From positions 1 to 64,000 of the IMG/VR virus record IMGVR_UViG_3300002144_000477: a stretch of 64,000 nt of DNA, one strand, 5' to 3'. The DNA comes from a virus. Below the pieces are notes generated by a model. The model saw only the letters and a list, made by a program, of their open reading frames with translations, made no database searches and was not told the origin of the DNA. Positions 28,214-38,100 of this stretch are shown piece by piece. Made by a program: the position numbers and the translations under genes. How positions within the stretch are numbered: position 1 is the stretch's first letter; every line of letters starts with the position of its first letter.

Positions 28214-29392
28214 ATGCCTAGACTTAGCCTTTGGAAAGACGGAAAACATAGCAACGATTACAAATTTATGGATCGTCGGATCAGTGAGATGTTTACAGTC
28301 GGTGGTACTGGAGTTCATGTCCACAAATATATCGGGACTAAAGACCAAGGCGACAAAGGCGATGCAACTCAACCGCAATACTTAAACCAAAGCGAGCAAA
28401 ATATACAAGATTTATTGTTTGTAGAAAACCGCGATCGCAAATACGACGAAAATGTCTACAATCTCCGCGGGCACTACACTCGAGGCGATAATGATTTTGA
28501 TTTAACTCAATTTGGAATTTTCCTAAGCGGAAATACTATTATCATGACATTCCATATCAATGATATGGTTAAGTTGCTAGGCCGGCGTATTGTGTCAGGC
28601 GATGTCATTGAACTACAACACCTTAAAGATTTTGATAGTTTAGACGAAGATGTACCTGCGGCACTAAAGCGATATTATGTTGCCGGTGACGCTAGTTTTG
28701 CTAGCGAAGGATTTACACCAACTTGGTGGCCGCACTTGTGGCGTGTTAAGTTTGAGCCGTTAGTTGATGCACAAGAATACAAAGATATTATTAACAAAAT
28801 TAAAATATCAGATGACAGCAATACACCTATTGCCCAGATACTAAGTACATACGATAAATCGATTGCAATCAATGATGCAGTAATTGCACAAGCAGAATTC
28901 GAAGTTCCTAAAAGCGGTTACGATACATCTAGTTTATATACTCCAAAATTACCCGACGCATTAGGAATTGATTTACCTAGTGCAGACGATACTATATTCA
29001 ATGCCGGTGACGAAGAAATTCTTGCCAGTGATGATAGTGCTACTGCACAAAACTCGAACACTCGAGTTACTGGGTATTTAACAGGCGCCGTGTTTGGCGG
29101 ACATACCGGCAGCGGAACTACGTTCCCTGTTTCTCCGAGTATAAACGATATGTTCCTTAGACTTGACTATTTGCCTAATCGAATGTTTAAGTACGACGGA
29201 GCGAGATGGGTTAAACAAGTTGACGTAGTACGATCAGGACTAACTCCAAATACGTTAGATAATACTACATTCAGAGACAACTGGATCAACACCAATGAGT
29301 CGTATGTTGATCCTGCTGATGCAAATAACACAGTACCGACCCGTCAGGCATTAAGCAAAGCATTTACACCCAAAGCAGATAATAACGGATAA
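28214..29392 (+). CDS. gp14: Neck/head-closure protein (gp14-like)
   Basis: QDLLFVENRDRKYD, LTQFGIF, GDVIEL; TAAATA 28181-28186; precedes gp15-like gene. Confidence 0.7.
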   Translation: MPRLSLWKDGKHSNDYKFMDRRISEMFTVGGTGVHVHKYIGTKDQGDKGDATQPQYLNQSEQNIQDLLFVENRDRKYDENVYNLRGHYTRGDNDFDLTQFGIFLSGNTIIMTFHINDMVKLLGRRIVSGDVIELQHLKDFDSLDEDVPAALKRYYVAGDASFASEGFTPTWWPHLWRVKFEPLVDAQEYKDIINKIKISDDSNTPIAQILSTYDKSIAINDAVIAQAEFEVPKSGYDTSSLYTPKLPDALGIDLPSADDTIFNAGDEEILASDDSATAQNSNTRVTGYLTGAVFGGHTGSGTTFPVSPSINDMFLRLDYLPNRMFKYDGARWVKQVDVVRSGLTPNTLDNTTFRDNWINTNESYVDPADANNTVPTRQALSKAFTPKADNNG

Positions 29393-29397
29393 TCAAA

Positions 29398-30846
29398 ATG
29401 GCAGACACTTACCACCAAAACTTCTTTTATGACGGACAAATAAGACGATTTGTCCAACAGTTTATACGCATGGTTAGCAACGTGTATGTAGAGTTCGGAA
29501 GTGAGGATTCTTCTAGCCCAACTGCAATACAACGTGTTCCAGTGATGTACGGCGACCCAAGCAGGCAGGCAGCACAGATTATACGCAACGGTAGCGAAAA
29601 CAGCATGTCTAGTGTGCCAGCTATGAGCGTATACATAACCTCGTTTGATTACGATCGTGCTAGGGTGCAGGAACCGTTTCATGTAAGTAAAATGCAAATC
29701 CGTCAGCGTAGATGGAATCCAGCAACCAATGAATATGACAGCGAGCAGTTTGATAATTTTAACGTAGAGCGGCCAATGCCGGTTCCGTATAGACTAACAT
29801 TATCGTTAGACATATGGACTAGCAATACTGAACAAAAACTACAATTACTAGAACAATTGTCTACATTGTTTAACCCTAGTTTAGAAATTCAAAGCACCGA
29901 CAACTACATTGATTGGACTAGCTTAAGCACAGTACTACTAACTAACACTCGGTGGGATAGTAGAACTGTCCCAATGGGCGGGAATAACGACATAAGCATA
30001 TCTACTATGACTTTTGAGTTACCGATTTGGATTAGTGCGCCAGCTAGAGTTAACCGTCTCGGTGTTATCTATAAAGCTATTAATAGCGTATATGATGCTA
30101 ACGGTAATATCAATTCGTCGATCATTGACGACCAAACGTACATTGCTAGGAGAGTGACTCAACCGTACGGATATGCTGTTATGTACAGTGGTAATACAGT
30201 TACACTAATTAAATCAAACCATGTTGCTAGCATCAACGACTCAGTGCTGTCAAACAATGCTGGAGCAAATTGGAAAGGCTTAGTAGAGCTATTCGGATCA
30301 CTAAACGACGGATTATCCGAAATTCGATTAATCAGTTTAGCAGGCGACGAATCTATATTGCGGGTTTCGTACAATACCGCTGACCCAACACAGCTAATCG
30401 TAAGCGAACGTGTCGATGATACATTCCCTGCTAACACCATTAGCGGAGGTATTGACGCTATTATCGACCCTTACAATAAAAACATTATTGATTTAATGTT
30501 TGATTCAAGCGGTAACTACGCTCCCGGGCAAAATAGAGATATTTCAAGAACCGGGCAAAATGTTAGGTATTTAACGTTAGGAAATATTGGCAGCGGCGAC
30601 AATGCAGACAGTGCTGAAGTTTGGGGAGGCGGAGAAAACCGCAACTTTATTGCTGAAGAAAACGACATAATCGAGTACGACTTACTGACAGGTAGATGGA
30701 GGGTAGTATTCGATTCCAGCACAGAAAACAATCTCGAGTATGTTACTAACTTAAATACAAATATACAATATAAATGGTTTGATGGACAATGGACAAAAAG
30801 CGTCGAGGGCATTTACCAGGAAGGCGAATGGAGCATTGTGCTTTAA
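29398..30846 (+). CDS. gp15: Tail terminator/sheath stabiliser (gp15-like) with C-terminal extension
   Basis: FFYDGQIRRF..QF, RVPVMYG, PVPYRL..LDIWT.N..QKLQLLEQ...FNP. Confidence 0.8.
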   Translation: MADTYHQNFFYDGQIRRFVQQFIRMVSNVYVEFGSEDSSSPTAIQRVPVMYGDPSRQAAQIIRNGSENSMSSVPAMSVYITSFDYDRARVQEPFHVSKMQIRQRRWNPATNEYDSEQFDNFNVERPMPVPYRLTLSLDIWTSNTEQKLQLLEQLSTLFNPSLEIQSTDNYIDWTSLSTVLLTNTRWDSRTVPMGGNNDISISTMTFELPIWISAPARVNRLGVIYKAINSVYDANGNINSSIIDDQTYIARRVTQPYGYAVMYSGNTVTLIKSNHVASINDSVLSNNAGANWKGLVELFGSLNDGLSEIRLISLAGDESILRVSYNTADPTQLIVSERVDDTFPANTISGGIDAIIDPYNKNIIDLMFDSSGNYAPGQNRDISRTGQNVRYLTLGNIGSGDNADSAEVWGGGENRNFIAEENDIIEYDLLTGRWRVVFDSSTENNLEYVTNLNTNIQYKWFDGQWTKSVEGIYQEGEWSIVL

Positions 30847-31304
30847 CTGGTGTTGGGTGTGTACTATACGCACAGGACACCAAACGATTTTTATTCCTGC
30901 TACGCAGTAACGATACTAAGCACAGTAAAACTTGGGGATTGCCTGGGGGTAAAGTTGAACCTAACGAAACTCCAATTGATGGATTACGTAGAGAGATTTA
31001 CGAAGAAATTGGATTAACTGATGTTACTCGCTTCGTTCATTTAGAAACGTTCACTAGTGATAACGAAAAGTTTGTATTCCACACCTACTTTGGAACAGTG
31101 GTTAACGAGTTCATACCAACATTAAACCACGAGCATGTTGGGTATTGCTGGGTTCCTATAAAAGAATACCCCCGGCCTATGCATCCGGGGGTATGGCGTA
31201 GTTTTCAGTTCGACCGTGTAGTCGACAAACTTGAAACTATTCAATCATTAACCGATATCAGCTTCCAGGATAAACTGCTGAACGCTAATATGTCGAACAT
31301 TTGA
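30828..31304 (+). CDS. NUDIX hydrolase
   Basis: Nudix box GGKVEPNETPIDGLRREIYEEIG. Confidence 0.9.
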   Translation: MEHCALTGVGCVLYAQDTKRFLFLLRSNDTKHSKTWGLPGGKVEPNETPIDGLRREIYEEIGLTDVTRFVHLETFTSDNEKFVFHTYFGTVVNEFIPTLNHEHVGYCWVPIKEYPRPMHPGVWRSFQFDRVVDKLETIQSLTDISFQDKLLNANMSNI

Positions 31305-31928
31305 CATTGCATTCCACTCTGCAGGGAATGTTCCACCTGATTCCTGTGTAATATACACAAACTCAGTGTCTGGGTATGTCTTAAAGATAATACCAGCACT
31401 TTGCACCCAGAATGGACGCTCTTTGTCTTCTGTTTCGCAACCTAGCATAAAGATTTTAGTATGGCCATCAAATGCCGCAATGTAAATAGCAAGAGTACCA
31501 GCGTTAAACGGTGGATCTTGTGGGACTAGATACATTTTACCTGGATACTTTAAAAGTTGTTTGCTGTTTGTATAAACAACACTCTTTTTATGATAGCCAG
31601 ACGCTACTAACTCTTCAACATTGTCTGGGCCAACAGCGACGTGAAAATCGGTAACAATGTTTTTAAACATATCGTTGCATCCATACGTTTGCAACTTGTT
31701 GCTACCTAATAGGCCACCGCGGTGATCTTTAAGTTTGTTCAATGGGAATTTCTTAGCTGTTTCGCCACCACCAATGACAACTGCTTGAGTTGTGATGTAG
31801 TTATTAAAAACGCTGTTTGGAACCCATTCCTTAACTGGCTCTTGCTGTTGTCCGTCACGGAATTCTAGAAATGTTGCAACGTCTTCACCGGTGTATGTTG
31901 CTCTAAATTTTTGTTCTATTTTATACAT
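31248..31928 (-). CDS. Hypothetical protein, possible glycosyltransferase/MAF-like Rossmann fold
   Basis: AVVIGGG...TYGCN...NAG..AIYIAAFDGHTKIFMLG pattern. Confidence 0.45.
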   Translation of the reverse strand: MYKIEQKFRATYTGEDVATFLEFRDGQQQEPVKEWVPNSVFNNYITTQAVVIGGGETAKKFPLNKLKDHRGGLLGSNKLQTYGCNDMFKNIVTDFHVAVGPDNVEELVASGYHKKSVVYTNSKQLLKYPGKMYLVPQDPPFNAGTLAIYIAAFDGHTKIFMLGCETEDKERPFWVQSAGIIFKTYPDTEFVYITQESGGTFPAEWNAMSNVRHISVQQFILEADIG

Positions 31929-31983
31929 TTTGCAGTGGCTCCTATAAAATTGTTCTGCATGCTCATCATATACTTATGCATTT

Positions 31984-33162
31984 TTAGTTTGAAATATACG
32001 TAGCATACACTTTTACACTATTGTTATTGCCTGACCCTGTATATAATAGGCGGACTACATCGTTAACTATGTCGGTACTAAACTCTCCTAGCGATGTTAA
32101 TGTTGCAACTTCGCCGTATATTGATATAGTCGATTCGGATCCGTTATGCACGACTAATGCCTCAATTACATTATAATTAGTTGCATTGCTAACTGTAATA
32201 ATGTACTTGGCAGCCCTATAATCCGATAATGCAAATGTATCCACTGGGCTTGTACTAGTATCAACTTGAGTTGCTAGTGGCATAGAGATTACCGTGCCAC
32301 TAACTGCAATATCACCGGTTAATTCAATATTTCCAGATCCGCTAATAGTATTACTGTTTAAGTTTAGATTGCCGCCTAGCTCAGGTGTTAAATCATATAC
32401 TAAATCGGTTAAGCCAGTGAGCACACTTGCGCCAACATACCCATTGGTAGTGCTACTACCAAGTGACATTCGCTGTACAGTAACTTTACAACTAACGCTG
32501 TCACCAACTGCCGATAATACAATATTACCATCAGTAATCGAAACTGTTGATGTTATTACTTCGTGCGCAGAGTCTGACAAAAGTATACTGTGCTCGCTGT
32601 AATTAACAGTAGTCCCATTGGTAACTGCATCAATAACCGACGTACGGTACGTCCCATTTATTAAATCCCTAGCCGATACTATCCATTGGACTGTAGTAAT
32701 TCCAGACGCATTAATATAATCAACTTGCACAGGCGAAGTAGCAACACTAACTTCCTTAATATAGATGTTACTATTTTGAATGTTTGAAACAAATGCAAGG
32801 GCAGTTGACCCTATAACAATTGGGTCAGGAGTCGTTAGTCGCCATAACTTGGATCCATAGTCTGTCCCTTCTGTTGTAGCTAACATAATACCCGATGTGA
32901 TATTTGCATTAGAATTAAAGTCTAACGCTCGCACCCATGTACCGTTATCGCCGGACCCAAGTGAAGATACAAAGTATACTCCGTTTTCGCTTGCATCTGC
33001 TTGCCCAACTGCTAATACTCTGTCGCCAACTTGAAGGTTAACATAATCAACTGTTGCAGGAGCTCCGCCAGACATAGTAATGTTCGTAGATTGTACTACA
33101 CGACAACTGTTTTTAAAGTCAGAGTCTTGAAGCTGGTTTAAGCGTGGTCTGGTTAATCCCAT
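31984..33162 (-). CDS. Virion fibre/decoration protein
   Basis: GDRVL..Q..SENGVY..W.RA.D module; DLTPELGGNL; DTF....YRAAKY C-terminal module. Confidence 0.7.
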   Translation of the reverse strand: MGLTRPRLNQLQDSDFKNSCRVVQSTNITMSGGAPATVDYVNLQVGDRVLAVGQADASENGVYFVSSLGSGDNGTWVRALDFNSNANITSGIMLATTEGTDYGSKLWRLTTPDPIVIGSTALAFVSNIQNSNIYIKEVSVATSPVQVDYINASGITTVQWIVSARDLINGTYRTSVIDAVTNGTTVNYSEHSILLSDSAHEVITSTVSITDGNIVLSAVGDSVSCKVTVQRMSLGSSTTNGYVGASVLTGLTDLVYDLTPELGGNLNLNSNTISGSGNIELTGDIAVSGTVISMPLATQVDTSTSPVDTFALSDYRAAKYIITVSNATNYNVIEALVVHNGSESTISIYGEVATLTSLGEFSTDIVNDVVRLLYTGSGNNNSVKVYATYISN

Positions 33163-33307
33163 TTGTTAAATTCCCTAGTATAGCATATTTATCCCAGAGT
33201 TGATTTAAGTTCCGGTGGTAGAGTATTATACAGTTCCACTAGTTGGGCTGTATCAAATTTTTCTAATGTAGGTATACTAGTAAAATCCCACGAAAGTATT
33301 TACTCGT

Positions 33308-33334
33308 AAAAAAAGCACCCGAAGGTGCTTTTTT
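33308..33334. terminator. Rho-independent terminator
   Basis: A-tract-GCACC-CGAA-GGTGC-T6. Confidence 0.88.
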
Positions 33335-33351
33335 AGGTAGGTGTTAATTAA

Positions 33352-35082
33352 TTAACGACCAACTGCTACTTCGATTACGCCATTTTGGCCATCAAAGTTT
33401 GCAAGTGCCTTACCAATAACCATTCCGGCTTTCGGCTCGCTTGGTGCTCTCATTGCGTGTCCGTTAGGACCAGCAATCATAAGATCACCCTTACGTACTG
33501 GACCAGATACTTTACATGGTACACGACCAGTAAATGCAACTGCCATTACGGTTGCACCTTTTAAACCAGTGTTCATTAAGAATCCTGGAGCTGTTGAAAT
33601 TACACCAGCAATACGTGTTGAGCCACTGGCAGCAACAGTAATTTCTTCTGCACCACCAAACTCAACTACGGTACCTGCTTCGTAGACTCTATCACCAACA
33701 TAGTTTTCTGCCAAGTCAGCATAACGTGCATTAGTTGCTGTACCAGTCATTACGCCAGCACTGAAGTTGCCACTAGCATCACGGAATACTATTGTACTTC
33801 CGGTGTTAGCACTAGTAGCGTTTGATGTCACAGTAAATGTGCCACTATCTGCAGAACCACTGATACCGCTACCGGAAGTAGCGCCGGCAGTTAGTTTGCC
33901 GTCAAGTTCGGCTTGCAGACCATCGATGTTAGCAATAGTGTGGTTGTGTGAGTCGTCTGCAATTGTTGCTGTCAATGTTACGTTAGCACTTCCATCAACA
34001 CTTACAGAACCACTTAGATCACCACCTAGTGTAATTGTACGAGCTGTAGACCACTGGTTAGCATTCTGAACTGTTGTGATTGCTCCAATTGCCGCTGACA
34101 ATTCAGCATCAGTTGCCATTGCATCTTGAATTTCCTTCAAAGTGTCAAAGGCTGCACTTGCACCATTGGTTAGGTCGCTAATACTAGTACTGATTGCTGA
34201 ATCAACATAAGACTTAGCAACGATAGTACCGTACGCGGCGCCATCTGTTGTAAATTCCCAAACGTCATTGGCTTCATTCCAACGCACCTGTACTGCGGCT
34301 TCATCGCCACGAACAACACGGAAACCAGCATTTTCAGTCGGTGTACCAGTTGTAAAGTTACTGTTCAAGTCAATGATGTTATCAGCTAGGCTAATTGTTT
34401 CACTGTTGATAGTAGTTACTGTTCCAGCAATAGTTAAATCACCGCCAACACGTAATGCGCCAGTGACGTTAACATAACCCGATCCGTTAGCAGATAAGTT
34501 TAAGTTGCTGTTTGTTGTTTTAGAAATAATAGAATCAGTTGTTACACCAACTGCAACAGCAACTGGGTTGCCTGCGCTGTTAGTAATGTTAGTACCATCC
34601 TGAATCTGGAATGTACCTTTTGCAAGGATAACACCTGATCCTGTTGGATCTAATTCTAAGTTACCCGAACCGGATGTCTGAAACACTAGGTTTTGATTTG
34701 CATCTGCTGAAACAACGATGTTACCAGAATCTTCTTGAAGAACTTTCTGACCGTTAACATACAAAGAACCGGACGATACGAAAACGTCCTTCCATGCAAA
34801 TGAAGGGCTACCCAATGAGTAACCAGTTGTACCGTCGGAGTTAATCGTTGGAATGATACCGTCTGCGGTAATATTAAAAATTGTACTGCCGTCAATTGTT
34901 ACTGAGACATCGCTGCCGGAACCAGTATCAGTTAGTGCAATACTTGTATCGTTTTTAGCGATACTTGCTGTGCTTAGGTTACCACTAATGGTACCTGTTG
35001 TTGTTATGTTACCAGTTGCGGCATCAATTTCTAATGCACCAACTGTAAGACCATTTTTTACTACAAAATTGCTGTTTGCCAT
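33352..35082 (-). CDS. Tail fibre/spike protein with C-terminal intramolecular chaperone-like domain
   Basis: ARYADLAENY...GVIST.P...GRVPCKV..KGDL...IGKAL; LDTLKEI-like and ARTITLGGDLSGS fibre motifs. Confidence 0.8.
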   Translation of the reverse strand: MANSNFVVKNGLTVGALEIDAATGNITTTGTISGNLSTASIAKNDTSIALTDTGSGSDVSVTIDGSTIFNITADGIIPTINSDGTTGYSLGSPSFAWKDVFVSSGSLYVNGQKVLQEDSGNIVVSADANQNLVFQTSGSGNLELDPTGSGVILAKGTFQIQDGTNITNSAGNPVAVAVGVTTDSIISKTTNSNLNLSANGSGYVNVTGALRVGGDLTIAGTVTTINSETISLADNIIDLNSNFTTGTPTENAGFRVVRGDEAAVQVRWNEANDVWEFTTDGAAYGTIVAKSYVDSAISTSISDLTNGASAAFDTLKEIQDAMATDAELSAAIGAITTVQNANQWSTARTITLGGDLSGSVSVDGSANVTLTATIADDSHNHTIANIDGLQAELDGKLTAGATSGSGISGSADSGTFTVTSNATSANTGSTIVFRDASGNFSAGVMTGTATNARYADLAENYVGDRVYEAGTVVEFGGAEEITVAASGSTRIAGVISTAPGFLMNTGLKGATVMAVAFTGRVPCKVSGPVRKGDLMIAGPNGHAMRAPSEPKAGMVIGKALANFDGQNGVIEVAVGR

Positions 35083-35110
35083 AGTTCATTCTCCCTATGT
35101 AAGGCATTGT

Positions 35111-35135
35111 GTGACTGGGCATTATGCCCAGTCAC
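35111..35135. other. Strong intergenic hairpin between fibre genes (no U-tract)
   Basis: GTGACTGGGCA-TTA-TGCCCAGTCAC, 11-bp perfect stem. Confidence 0.6.
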
Positions 35136-35145
35136 TGTTTCTAAA

Positions 35146-38100
35146 TTACACTGCGATGTACTGTTTTGCTACACGCACTGTTGCTGATCCGCTTGCTGGC
35201 TCTGCTTGTACAAGCACATTGGAACCACTCATTGTTGCTGAGTATTCCATGAACTCGCCGTTCGTAGCAGTTTGACCGTAAACGGTTACCGTTGCTGTTG
35301 TACCATCATGTATTACCAACAATTCAGCTACTTCGTAGTCTGTACCGTTAGTTGATTGTACCACTAGTTTAGCACTACGGATTGCGTTTCCGTCAATTGT
35401 TACAAGAGTCGATGGAGCACCAGCTGCTATAACTACGCCGGCCTTGTTCTCAACTAATGCACCATCTGTATTCCAGTATGATGTAATAGTACCAGCACTT
35501 GTACCAGTGTAGATGTTAATAGCACCGTTAACTGGCTCCAACTTCATAACACCGTTGCCACTAGCAACACCACTCAATGAGCTAGTTGTTACTAAGATTC
35601 TAACGTCAATAACGTCGCCTGTTGCAGGTGCTTCAGTGAACGTGAGTGTTGTGCTACTTACAGAGTAAGCACTTGTTGGTAATTGAACAACACCGTTAAT
35701 ACTTACAACTACGCCGGCTGTAGTAGCGTCTTGGCTTAATGTAAATGCTACAGTTGAATTATCACCGCTGAAACTGTCTGCTGTAATTAGAGTAAAGTCG
35801 CCTGCTAGGTTCTTCCACTCTGCACCAGTGTAAATTTCAGCAGAACCAACTGTACTGTTGTAACGTAGCATACCTTGTTCAGGAGCAGCCGGACGCTGTG
35901 CATTTGAACCAGATGGAATCATTATCGAATCTGTACCAATAACTTTCAATCTTGCTTCAGTTGTTAAGTCACCTGATGTGCCGTCACCACCAATGATCAC
36001 TTGGTCGTATGTTGCACTTGCTACTACACGGAATAGACCGTCTAATGATGCACCTAATGTAGTTAGGTAGTTACCTGCTGTGTTGTCTGGGTTTACTGTT
36101 ACTGCGGTAAATGTTGCAGTATCAGGAGCGTTAGCACCAATAACACCGTCTAAGTCACCAGTTACATTACCAGTTACATCACCAGTTAAGTCGCCGGTTA
36201 CGTTACCTGTTACGTTACCTGTTAGGTCACCAGTTACATCACCTGTTACGTTACCTGTTACGTTACCTGTTAGGTCACCAGTTACATCACCTGTTACATC
36301 GCCAGTTACATTACCAGTTACGTTACCTGTTAGATCGCCGGTTACATCACCTGTTAGGTCACCAGTTACATTACCTGTAACATTGCCTGTTAGGTCACCA
36401 GTTACATTACCTGTTACGTTACCAGTGTGGATACCTGTACTGTTACCAGTTAAGTTACCAGTTACATTACCAGTTACTGCACCTATTAAGTCACCAGTAA
36501 AGCCACCGCTTGCTGTTACTGTTGTACCTGCTACTGCACCAGTTAAGTCGCCAGTTACATTACCAGTTACATTACCTACAACATTGCCAGTATGTAGACC
36601 TGTGCTATTACCAGTTAAGTTACCAGTTACGTTACCAGTTAGTGCGCCAGTAAAGCCACCGCTTGCGGATACTGTTGTACCTGCTACTGCACCAGTGTGT
36701 AGGCCTGTACTGTCACCAGTTAGATCGCCTGTTACATCACCTACAACATTACCTGTTACGTTACCTGTTACGTTACCAGTTACGTTACCAGTGTGTACAC
36801 CTGTACTGTTACCAGTTAAGTCACCAGTTACATTACCTGTTACGTTACCTGTTAGGTCACCAGTTACATCACCAGTTACATCACCAGTTACATTTCCTGT
36901 TAGTGCGCCTGTAAAGCCACCGCTTGCTGAAACTGTTGTACCTACAACTGAACCAGTGTGGATACCTGTACTGTTACCAGTTAGGTCGCCAGTAAATCCT
37001 GCTGAGGTTATACTTGTTAATCCTGCAAATGTTGTTACCGCAGTACCTAGCACAACATCGGTTGTACCAATTGTAACTTTGCTGTTAATTAGCTTGGCAT
37101 TAGCAATTGAACCTGCTAACATTGTGTTGGTTACTGTACCAGCGTCTGTTGTATAAACACCATTGGTAACTGTACCAGCGTTGCCAGTTACGTTACCAGT
37201 TACATCACCAGTTAAATCACCAACTACGTCACCTGTTACGTCACCTGTCAAATCGCCAGTTACGTTACCTGTTACATTACCAGTTACGTTACCAGTTACA
37301 TCACCAGTTAGGTCGCCTGTTACGTTAGCGTAAACTTCTTTATTGAAGTCCCAACTATCAGTGCCTGAAGCGTAAGTAATTGTAGCGCCTGCACCATCAA
37401 CTGTTAAACCAGCACCATTAGCTGCGGTTGCATCGGCTGCACCTTTAGCAACAGTAATGTTGATGTCTGCAATATCAACTGTGTTAGAGTTAATTGCGGT
37501 TAATGTACCGTTAACTGTTAAGTCACCACCAACAGTTAAGTCACCAACTGTAGTTACGTCTGTTGGTAAACCAATTGTAACTGTATTGTCAGTAACGACG
37601 ACTGTTGTTTCGCCTGCTGTACCAGCAAACGTTACTGTATCAGTAGCTAGGTTAACAACATCGGTAGTAGTACCGTCTGTCATTGTCATTGTACTAGAAA
37701 CACTTACCTGACTAGCACTAGTGATACGACCTTTTGCATCTACTGTAATAGCGGCTGCGTGTGTTGAGTCACCGTATGTACCTGGAGTAACACCAGATGT
37801 AGCTAATGTCAATGCTAAGTCAACTGCGCCAGTACCATCGAATGATACGGCAGCGGCTGTTGCGTCACCGGAAGCGCTAAAGTTTTGTGCTGTGGCTAGT
37901 GCTGTTGCTGTATCGGCATTACCAGTTACATCACCAGTTAAATCACCAGTTACATCACCAGTTACATCGCCAGTTACGTTACCTGTTAAGTCGCCTGTGA
38001 AGCCAGCACTTGCTGATACTGACGCACCAACAACGTTACCTGTTAGGTCACCAGTTACATTACCTGTTAGGTCGCCAGTTACATCGCCAGTTACATCACC